DNA of 32,000 bases from Wallemia ichthyophaga EXF-994. Lineage: Eukaryota > Fungi > Basidiomycota. This document shows, in pieces, positions 1 through 9,309 of the stretch. Under the pieces are notes generated by a model. It saw only the letters and a list, made by a program, of their open reading frames with translations. It did not search any database and was not told the origin of the DNA. The position numbers were made by a program, and so were the translations under genes. The DNA is taken from NCBI RefSeq assembly GCF_000400465.1, contig NW_008806276.1:390001-422000 (forward strand), given 5' to 3'. Every line of letters begins with the position of its first letter. The first letter of the stretch is position 1.

Positions 1-1
1 T

Positions 2-1054
2 GAATTCGTTGGTGATGGCGAGAAAAACGATGAGGACGATGAAGAGGAGGAATCAACACTGACTGATGCCCTCATCGCACAAATTGAGTTCGCAGATATT
101 GTCTACCTCAACAACGCATCAAAGATGTCAGAAGATGCTAAGATGCACGCTGAAGGCGTTGTTAAGTCGCTCAATCACCGCGCTACAGTTGTCCAAGTCG
201 ACAACGCAGCCGTAGACGCAAAGGATGTTATCCACAGTGGTTTGTTCAACCCAGAACAATCATTCAACCCACAGTGGTTGCAATCAGTGAAAAATCCAAA
301 CGGCGGTGACTCATACACTAACAAGAACGACATTGAGTCTTTCGTTTACAGACGCAAAGTGCCTTTCCACCCAGCTCGTCTCGCAAAGCTGTTCAAGGAG
401 TCATTCCACTTTATTCAACAATCAGATGCCCAAGACGCTCAAGAAGATGAGTGGGAAGATCAAGAAGAAGAGGTCGTTGAGGATAAAGGCAAGGGTAAGG
501 CTGCTGCTATTGAAGAAGACAAAGAGGAACCAGCACAAATGGATGAAATCACTACTGAGAATATAGTTGATGCCATCGACAGAAAGCAGAAGAGTGTATT
601 CGCTTCTCTCCTCAGAGCTAAGGGTAGCTTCTGGATTGCTTCAAGAGCAGCAGTCGGTGGTGCAATTCAAGCATCAGGACCTGTGTTGAGTGCTGCTTCT
701 GGCGAGATGTGGTACACCAAGATCCCAGAAGATGAAATTTCTCAAATCAGCCCAGATGAGCAGAAGTACATTAAGGATGTTGTGTTTGATGAGAAATTCG
801 GTGACAGACGTCAAGAAATCTACATTGTCGGTGGACCAAACTTTAACAGAAACGAGGTTGAGCAAGCACTCGACAGTGCCTTGTTGACTGATGATGAGTT
901 CAACACGTATAAATCCATCTACGATAAGCAGATGGGTGTGTTTGACAAAGATGAAGAGCTCTCCAAGGCGTTTGACGGTGACTCAGAGTTTGTTCAATGG
1001 GTCGACGATCTCATCATGGCACTCCTCGACCAAGAGGAGGAGGATGAGCAGTAA
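2..1054 (+). CDS. COG0523/CobW-family (YciC-like) G3E GTPase/metallochaperone, C-terminal part; 5' truncated by the window edge
   Basis: Frame open from nt 2: QIEFADIVYLNN, then CobW_C motifs SFVYRRKVPFHPARL, LLRAKGSFWIA, FGDRRQEIYIVG, LDSALLTDDE. Confidence 0.85.
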   Translation, partial: EFVGDGEKNDEDDEEEESTLTDALIAQIEFADIVYLNNASKMSEDAKMHAEGVVKSLNHRATVVQVDNAAVDAKDVIHSGLFNPEQSFNPQWLQSVKNPNGGDSYTNKNDIESFVYRRKVPFHPARLAKLFKESFHFIQQSDAQDAQEDEWEDQEEEVVEDKGKGKAAAIEEDKEEPAQMDEITTENIVDAIDRKQKSVFASLLRAKGSFWIASRAAVGGAIQASGPVLSAASGEMWYTKIPEDEISQISPDEQKYIKDVVFDEKFGDRRQEIYIVGGPNFNRNEVEQALDSALLTDDEFNTYKSIYDKQMGVFDKDEELSKAFDGDSEFVQWVDDLIMALLDQEEEDEQ

Positions 1055-1155
1055 TTTGCAAATATCTTATACCAAACGTATCAAAAGACACAGTAATTTA
1101 ACTTTTCAAATATAGATTCAAATTTACAATATACGTCATCAGTGTAATCTTTTGA

Positions 1156-1749
1156 TTACTTGGTTTGCTTCTCTAGTGCGCTTGTGCTCCTATCTGAGAA
1201 CTCTTTGTTCAATTTCAGAAACTGTTTGAAGCGTTCATCCGAGGCGTCAGCGAGTAGCTGGAAGAGGACAGTTTCTGAAGTTGATATTCTGCCGCCCGAC
1301 TGTCTGATTTGATCAAGTGCGGTGTCTTTATGAGTAGCGTGAGAGCTGGACACGCCATCAATGATCACGTGCACGTCAAAGCCCTTAGCTATAAGCTCGA
1401 GTGAAGTTTGGAGAATGCAGATATGAGTTTCTACACCGACCAAAACGACTGAACGGATTTTATTAGTCTTGAGGGCATACAAGACGTCATCATTTACCAT
1501 CGAGAATCTCGTCTTACTGATAGGATCTGTAGTGAGGAGATGACTGTTGCTGAAATCAATTTCACTAACTGTCTTCCCCAAAGATTGTGGATTCTGTTCA
1601 GAGATCAAGACTGGTACATTTAGAAGCTTTGAGAATTGGACCATTTTATTTGAAACATTAACAACATGATCAAAATCCTTAATCACTTTAGCGAATATTC
1701 CCTGTACATCACAAACGAATAGAGCAGTTTGATTTTGGTGTAAGGACAT
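1156..1749 (-). CDS. Isochorismatase-family (ISOC/YcaC-like) hydrolase, ~197 aa
   Basis: ALFVCDVQ, EQNPQSLGKTV, KTRFSM, GVETHICILQT motifs; start taken at the ATG at 1749 (MSLHQNQTALF). Confidence 0.85.
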   Translation of the reverse strand: MSLHQNQTALFVCDVQGIFAKVIKDFDHVVNVSNKMVQFSKLLNVPVLISEQNPQSLGKTVSEIDFSNSHLLTTDPISKTRFSMVNDDVLYALKTNKIRSVVLVGVETHICILQTSLELIAKGFDVHVIIDGVSSSHATHKDTALDQIRQSGGRISTSETVLFQLLADASDERFKQFLKLNKEFSDRSTSALEKQTK

Positions 1750-1876
1750 TAGTGGTCTTTGATAAGCTGTTGGTGGTTCAGGTTGGAGTGGATGATGTTG
1801 ATTGGATGGCTGATCAAGATGCCTTGAATCACCGATGATACAAAGTGTCATATGATAATAAATCCATCTTATATCT

Positions 1877-4800
1877 TTACAAAACACAAACCAAATCTAT
1901 CCCGTTCGATCTGCGTATCTGCATGATAGCAATGAGGCTGATGGCTGTGTAAGCGTCGTCTCTTTCAAATACTCACACCCACTCTTTGAGCATTTCCTCC
2001 AATATCACAACGTTGTCCAGTATATCGGAGAGCGTGATTGGCTTGACAGCAGCATCTTGCTCTCCCTTCTCATCGTCTTCAAGTATACTGTCTCCGACTC
2101 GCTGCACGCGCTCGACGACTTTCGGTATAATCAGACACTGTTCAGTCTGCTTGTAGTGGTCATAGAAAGGCGTCGCCGGTCCATCAAATGCGCTAACCTG
2201 TCTGTGTTTCTTATTATTCTTATAAGTATTCACATTCTGCTCTGTTTGTCCCTTTTTTCCAGTGAAAAGAGCAGCGAGTGATGTAGTCGCCGAGCGCGTC
2301 TTAGGCTGTCTGATAAACTGATCCGCCTTCGCAGTGAGATTGCTGATTCCCCAGCTATTGCCTCTCTCGACGCGTCTCTCGAACTCGGTATCAATCGAAT
2401 CCTGGTATCGTCTGTGTGATAATTTGTTTATTTCCCCATATGTCTTTTTGCGTTGCTGATTGAAGCGCTTGTTGTGCAGCTGCATCACCGCTTTACCGAC
2501 CCCTTCTTCAAATTGTCGTACGAGGTCGTTCCGCTGTGCGGGTTCGTCTTTGTCGAGCAATGTCAATGCATCTTGAAGATTCTCCTTAAAGAGCATTCCT
2601 TTCCGCCTCTCCCCCAAACTGTAGTCCAGGTCTTGCGAAGAAATATTGTTGCGCGCTTGCAGCCTGTAGTCTTCTATCTGATCGACGAGTTCGGTAAGCG
2701 TTTGGAGGATCATGGGTGGTGAGTTTGGTGTTTTCTCAACTGCGCTTTTGAGATCATCTGCATACGGATCGTCTTCATCTCTCCACCATTGCGTCATGAA
2801 GCCCTCCAACGAACGACGTGGATTCGATGCGAGCGCTGCCAACGTCCCCGAAAGCGCAATGTTGGTTTCTGGTGACTGCGTGAAAAAGTTGCGAAGGTTT
2901 TTCACTGTCAACTTGAGCAATCTGTCATTGGTGTCGAGCTTGTGTTGGAATTGCAATTCATCATCACGCACATCTCCCCTACTTCCTAGCTTGAATTGCG
3001 GGTGTGACATGATAAGAGCCTGTGCATCATCTAAATACCTCTCATAGCCAGAAGAGAGCATTTCTTTAGTGGTTTGTACATCAATCGACCCCACTAGCCC
3101 GAGATAGCTTGTCAACTCATCGTCATCCGCTTCAACATTGCGCATTGGCGGGGGTATAGGAAACACATTCTCGTTCTTGCTCTCGCTCTTACTCCCGCTC
3201 TCACCCTCACTCTCTTCTAGCTTGCGGTAATGGTCGTTGTCCTTCATGAGCATGTGTATCCTGTGGAAATAGGGGAATGCAGTGGCGTCTTTGTTGGGTA
3301 TAATGCTGACCATCTCCTTGAGACATACATCATCATATGCGTATATTAAGTAGCTGAACAGTTTCATTGCAGCTACGCCTGTTGCACTATTATTCGACTT
3401 GAGATTAATGCTGATGAGATCTTTCAACGTGAATCTTCCGTACGAAGAAACGTAATTGGTGTTTTTAAAATTTGCCGCGTTTTCATTTTGGAGGAGGACG
3501 AGAGCGGTGCTTCTACGTCTTTCATGTTTCTTTGGCTTGGTGTTGGTTTTATAGGAAGTGCTTTCGGTGCTGTTAGTGGGAGTATTTTCGGTGCTGCTGG
3601 TGGTATCATTGAGCATGCTGTCATCTTCTGCAAAGAGGTATTGCAGCAACGTATTAGCGAGTGGATCGCCGCTCTTCACACACTGTAGCATGACTTGGAG
3701 ATACGTTATTACAGCCACGGCCGAGTAGTCGATCGACGAGCACTCGAGTATGGAGGGGTAGAGAACATTAGTGAAAAAATTGACTCTGACAGCGCGCAAG
3801 ACATTCTCTGCAACAGCTCCACCATATTTGGTACCGCTCTTCAAACCACGTTTCGTGATATCTGCAGTGAATTCGAACACACTAATGAAGACTGACAACT
3901 GATTCTGGAAAGCAATGCTGGTGGAAAGCTCTACATTTTCTACCAAACCCGATCTGTTGGACAGGTGCACATGCGACCTGTCTTCATCTCTGGGATCCGT
4001 CGGTATCACAGCGAGATTGCTGGGTAGGATACCATATACAGCACCCAACCCAGCAGCTAGCACTTGAGCTAGATCACCATCGACTATGAATTCAGCTACG
4101 GCTGCTCGTATGTCTGTTGCTGCATCTTTGGTGATAGCATCTCCATCGTAGATGTCTTCCGAGGTGCTCACTTCGAAGAGAATCAAGATGGCAGCACGCG
4201 CCAAATCTCCCGTACGCCCCTCCCTGTGTACCCAGCGTAGGAGATAAGTGAAAATTAGGAATTCAGCTGCGTGTTTTGTTAGGGGTGAAACAAAACTATA
4301 TAGAAAAAGACGCACAGTCAGATTTCGTCGAGACAGCTCGCGATGTGATAGTATTGGTGGATGCGAGAGATTCAGGTCTATCGCTGTGTTCTGAGTCTGC
4401 TCTGCTCCTCGTTGGGTATCTAATCCACGACCTGTCCAAGAAGAAGATGTGAAGGAGTGAGGGAGATGACTTGATTTTGTTGCAAAGAATACAGAGAAGA
4501 TCAACCACTATAAATTGGTTAGCCTGGATTTGAACCGAGAGCCCTAGCTCACAATGTTCTTCATATTGAGATGGCTGAGAAGTACCAGCAGTGCTCGCGG
4601 CGCCCTTGAGCGTCGTTGAGCGTGGAGAAGGCAAGTCATCGCCGGTGCATATTTTGAGGAGGTGTACGAGTGGCTTGTGTACAGGAGCCTGTACGAAAAA
4701 GTGAGACTGCATAGTGACACAAAGGTTAGACACGGCCTTGAGAACTTCGGTTTTAATCCCAAGAGGTCTATCGGATGCAGATAAGAATACGAGCTTAGAT

Positions 4801-5217
4801 AATATATCTAAAAGCGCGGGTAAGTGGGGGATAGTTGTGCGTAGATGTTGATACATACCTTGTGACAGAAACCAGTCGAGAGCAGGAGGAGTTTCTTCAA
4901 TGTCTTCATAGCGACCACTTTCCAATACGAGAGTGTCTACAATTCTTGATAATCGCTTTGGTACGTCTGTAGCCTGTATACCACGCAGAAGCTGTCGTTC
5001 GTCTGGGGTTGTGAGGGTGTCCTGGGAATATCAGCTACATGTGGCTAAAATTGAGCTGCAAACCTTGACGATATTCCAGTTCGAATCTAAATCTGATAAT
5101 ACTTGTTGCTGTGTGCGGTCTGAGTGGGGACAGATAGTGGGATAAGCAGCCACCCACAACTGATCTACCAGCTCGTTCGCTACTCGGAATACTCAGCAGA
5201 TTCGTGAAAAATTCCAT
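1877..5217 (-). CDS. FAM160/FHIP (RAI16-like, FTS-Hook-interacting) protein, multi-exon
   Basis: Motifs DRPLGIKTEVL, VHKPLVHLL, FLIFTYLLRWVHREGRTGDLARAA, LDNVVILEEMLKDLIAIMQIRR. Inferred introns 5022-5063, 4808-4858, 4508-4552, 4267-4315, a 45-nt intron near 1934-1978, and one more near 5120-5170 (boundaries uncertain). Confidence 0.8.
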
Positions 5218-5250
5218 TGCGCTGTGATCGTCCCTCCGAGAGTAACGCTC

Positions 5251-6241
5251 ATGCCTTTCTCGCTTCATTCACATTCAGGCCAATTTTGTAGACATGCCAA
5301 AGGCAGCTTAGATGATATCGCACTCTCTGCGATTGATAAGCAGTTCTCTCTCTTTGGATTCTCGGAACATGCGCCACGATACAGACGCCAGGATCTTTAT
5401 CCCGAGGAGGTGGGTCCTCTGTACAGTCTAAATACCCAGTCTAACCTCTGCCCAGAGTGACATGAATCCTCAAGATACATCAACTGTCTTCTCCGAATAC
5501 GTAATTGAGGCACACAAATTAAAGAATGTCTATAAAACTCAAATTGAGCTACTCGTAGGGCTTGAGACTGACTACATCACAGACATCGACCTGGACAATA
5601 CACGTCTTCTCATTCACAACTACAGCGACTCAGACAATCCAATCGAGTACTTGGTCGGTTCAGTCCATCATGTCCTTGAAACTCCTATCGATTTTGACTC
5701 AGAAACATTCTACAAGGCCTTACAAAAGGCTGGATCGCGTCAGGCGTTGTATGTGGAGTACTACACGCGCCTACTCCATCTCGTCAAGACGCTCGAGCCA
5801 GAAGTTATCGGTCACATAGATCTCATACGTCTTTACGAGCCGCACATCAATCTATGTGAGTATGAAGAAGCTTGGAAGCTTATCGACGCGATTGTCAAAC
5901 ATGCAGCCCAATATGGTGGTCTTATTGAAATAAATGCTGCTGCTATCAGGAAGGGTTGGCCCACTCCCTACCCCGCCTCTGACATACTCTATCTCGTAAA
6001 AACTCACGGTGCCAGGTTGACGCTCTCAGATGATACGCACACGCCCGAGAATGTCGGTCTCAATTACTGGCGCGTATTTGAGTACCTCAAGTCGCACGAT
6101 ATAAGAGATCTCTACTACTTGCAAAGATGTGAAAAGAGTGCTCCTGGTGCTATGTCGTGCGGCAGGACTGTAGTGAAAAAGTATGATGGCGTTTGGTCAA
6201 AGGATAATTTTTGGAAAACGTGCAATCCAAGTTGGAGGTGA
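5251..6241 (+). CDS. HIS2: Histidinol-phosphatase, PHP family; join(5251..5409,5456..6241), 314 aa
   Basis: HSHSGQFCRHA, SEHAPRYR, LYPEE, YLVGSVHHV, GHIDLIR, EINAAAIRKG, LSDDTH; 46-nt GTGGGT..CTAAC..CAG intron. Confidence 0.92.
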
Positions 6242-6260
6242 TGTCAATTATGCATTCTAT

Positions 6261-6960
6261 CTATACCATACACGCCGATATCTTGCAAACTTGGTCTGCT
6301 GATGCGAGTGCGTTAGCAGTAACTGAGGTGTATGCGTTTACGCTGGCTTGAGTAGAAGAACAATCCTGGACAAGTAGCTTCTCTGTAGCCTTATCATCAG
6401 CCTCCTCAAGTGCATCTATGAGATCGTGCATGTGAACGCTCTGCAGCGCACACAAAATTGCATAAAAAGCGGCAGGCACGATTATTTGAAGTATGATCTC
6501 AATAATAGCACCGTTACTATAACATTTGCATACAGTAGTGATACAGACGGAATGAGAAAAGACACCTATTAAGACAGCTAACGGTGGGAATGATAAGAAA
6601 CGCCATAGGTGTTTAGTGTCGTCTGTCTTTTGTTTTTAGAAGGTCTTTGAGGACGGTAAACACTTATTTGTTCCAGGTAAATTTCGAAGTAACCGATCTC
6701 TGCACCAGACTGATTTGATGATAAATATGATAACGCAAACGCCCAAAACTCACATCGTAATCAAAGAAATTATTCTCTTTTGGATCGGAATAGGCCTTGT
6801 AGTTCCAAATTCTGTAAAGGGTATAGATAATGGCAATCAGAGTTCCGTAGTGAGTGACATTTTTCATTGATCCAGAATACAAAATTTTCTCACTAACCTC
6901 TGCGTCCTCGTTGGAGATCTATTCTGAGCCATTTGTAGTACTGCATCGGTGATTGTGGGG
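6261..6960 (-). pseudogene. Array copy A: degenerate paralog of unknown ~4-TM family
   Basis: Aligns to copy B (YSGSMKNVTHYGTLIAIIY; FYAILCALQSV; KISACMV*). Intron 6710-6753 at the same phase-0 position as in B. Frameshifts near 6885 and in the A5 run at 6633-6637. Possible internal ATG at 6867. Confidence 0.65.
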
Positions 6961-7269
6961 TTAAAGAGAGCTCAGAGCCACCGCGTCATAGTTTAGAAGC
7001 CGAAGAAGGAGTTCAATGTATGTGTGCCATATAAATGATGATTGTTCAATTTAAGAATATAAACAACGTGTATTATATCTATACCATACAACCAGATATT
7101 TTGCGAAGTGACTGAGCTGATGAGACAGGATTTGAGACGAGTGTGTTAGCAGTGGGTGGGGTGTAGCAATTTGAGCTGGGTTGAATGTCAAGAGGCTTCT
7201 CCGCGATCTTCTCGCTCAGACCTCCCTCAGCATCGTTAAAGGCTTTATCAGTAAGCTCTTGACAGCGTA
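6870..7269. repeat. Direct repeat copy 1 (400 bp, ~96% identical to 8912-9309)
   Basis: Manual alignment: 15 substitutions, 2 single-base indels; 7027-7204 identical to 9067-9244. Confidence 0.95.
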
Positions 7270-7747
7270 TTGATTGCAGCGCGGTGAGAAGTGAATAAAG
7301 TGGATAAAACAAAAGTGAATGAAGTATGATCTCAGTGAGAGCACCTTTACCGTCGTTTTTGAAGGTATAAGTGTTTAAACAGGCGTGTAGAAACACAGAT
7401 AACGAAATTAATTCCGATTCTCCTGCTCTTGGTGGATCCTTTAGAGAAAAGATGAGATAGCCTGACTTCTCAATTATACACGGTAAGTAAGCAAATGATA
7501 AGACAAACTAATTCGCTTCAGCTATTGTCTCTGGATTTACACACCAACTCACAGACAGTCCTAATTCAGGTTCAGAATAGAACAAACTGATCACTCTATG
7601 AAGGAAGTATGAAAGGGAAATTAGGCTCCCGCAGTACGTAACAGTATCTAATGATCCACTGTAAACTCGCCTCAATAGCCTCTGCGTCATAGTCACAGAC
7701 CTATTCTGAATCATGTGCATTACCTTATCGATGATGATGGTGGACAT
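7079..7747 (-). CDS. Array copy B: intact uncharacterised ~4-TM membrane protein, join(7079..7507,7553..7747), 207 aa
   Basis: 45-nt GTGAGT..GCTGAA..TAG intron joins two listed ORFs in frame with no stops; four hydrophobic segments, polar tail ending KISGCMV*. Confidence 0.75.
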
Positions 7748-7871
7748 GAAAGAGCACGAGCACCAGCTTCATAGTTTAGAAGTAAAGAAGACTCCAATGT
7801 ATGTTTGCCCTCTGATGGTTATTCTGTAGTCGCAACAAATAAACAACATACATTATGTCTATATATCATAT

Positions 7872-9000
7872 CTATACCATACAACCAGATATCTTGCCAA
7901 GTGATGGAGTTGATGAGATGGGGTTTGAAACGAGCGTGTTAGCAGTGACTGGGGTATCTGCATTTGAGTTGAATTGATTATTCTGATGACATGAGCAAGC
8001 TACGTTTTTCTTCTTTAACCTCCTCGGCCAAACTTGTCTTAGCTTTGCAGTGCTCGATTTCAATGAGCGCATCAAAGAGGTCTCGATGCTCCACGCTTTG
8101 AAGCGTGCGCAGAAGTGCATAAAAAGTGACGTGAGTATTTGAGTCGGCGTTTGTTTTAGTATGGGAAGCGCGTGTACTGTTTAAGTCAAAGTTTGCACGA
8201 GTACGCGAATAACGTTTGCTGTTTGAGTCTGCGTTTGGTTGAGCTTGACTGTTCAAAAGACATTTACAAGCAACGGGCTTCTCTGCAACCTTCTTGTTCG
8301 ACCTTTTATCTGTTCCATCCTCCTTTTCAATTAATTTTGATATGTGGAAATCGTGATAGTAGACGCTCTTCAGCGCACGCAGAGGCGCGTAAAGAGCACC
8401 AGGAACGATAAATTCTAATATGAGGGGTTCCCAAATCGAAAAATTTAGCCATCTCTTGCTTTGGAGAAAGAGAGCATAATCAATGACAGTCATCGAGATT
8501 TTTAACGTTACTAGTGTAGAGTAGGCAACGTAAAGTTCTGTGTAGCTATCATCCCATTGTGTGAGACTTAGAGAACTTGAGCAGTAGAGTTGATCGATCA
8601 AAATGGCAAGGTATGAGATGATAAGTTTGTTCTTATTCGTGTGAGATGATGCATTTAGCAATGAGAGAGACATAATTCACAGCACGAGTAGAGAACAATA
8701 CGTCCTCAAAATCATGACGAAATTGAGACAGTTTAGTTTTAAAATGAAGCTGTTGGAAAATGAGCTCAGCTATATTCTTTACAGTAATCCAAATAACAAA
8801 CACCCTGAACAAGCAGTATAATATGGCTGTTTCGATGGGCGATTAGGTATCATGAATTTTCCTCATTTGTCCTACCAAGTATGCTCCCGAAGTGGGTGAA
8901 ACTTTCTAGTAATCCAGAATACAGAATTTTTTCACTAACCTCTGCGTCCTCGTTGGAGATCTATTCTAAGCCATTTGCAGTACTACATCGGTGATTGTGG
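7872..9000 (-). pseudogene. Array copy C: longer paralog with duplicated C-terminal module; no evident in-frame start
   Basis: Introns 8827-8875 and 8632-8701 restore alignment to A/B (GSILAILYCLFRV; NKLIISYLAILIDQL). Frameshift in the A5 run at 8005-8009; CAG->TAG at ~8968; ends KISGCMV*. Confidence 0.6.
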
Positions 9001-9309
9001 GGTTAAGAGAGCTCAGAGCCACTGCGTCATAGTTTAGAAGCCGAAGAAGGGTTCAATGTATATGTACCATATAAATGATGATTGTTCAATTTAAGAATAT
9101 AAACAACGTGTATTATATCTATACCATACAACCAGATATTTTGCGAAGTGACTGAGCTGATGAGACAGGATTTGAGACGAGTGTGTTAGCAGTGGGTGGG
9201 GTGTAGCAATTTGAGCTGGGTTGAATGTCAAGAGGCTTCTCCGCAATCTTCTCACTCAGACCTCCCTCAGCATCGTTGAAGGCTTTATCAGCAAGCCCTT
9301 GGTAGCGTA
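8912..9309. repeat. Direct repeat copy 2
   Basis: Matches 6870-7269 at an offset of 2040-2042 nt. Confidence 0.95.

Noticed and set aside
4508-4552. B-box/T-loop-like GGTTCAAATCC on the minus strand inside a FHIP intron (tRNA fragment?)
   Set aside because: The flanking stem is imperfect, there is no A box, D arm or anticodon arm, and the whole intron is only 45 nt; probably chance
6880-6895. Programmed -1 ribosomal frameshift explaining the shift shared by A and C
   Set aside because: The sequence does not fit X_XXY_YYZ in the required frame, no downstream structure is evident, and C has a stop upstream
6971-7090. Splicing of copy B into copy A via a GTATGG donor to give a fused multi-unit protein
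   Set aside because: It would need a rare GAG acceptor, and the frame is not preserved at the equivalent D-to-C junction
7079-7102. Array genes as basidiomycete lipopeptide pheromone precursors
   Set aside because: The Cys is at -3 rather than the -4 of CaaX, the products are ~200-aa multi-TM proteins rather than short precursors, and no STE3 receptor is nearby
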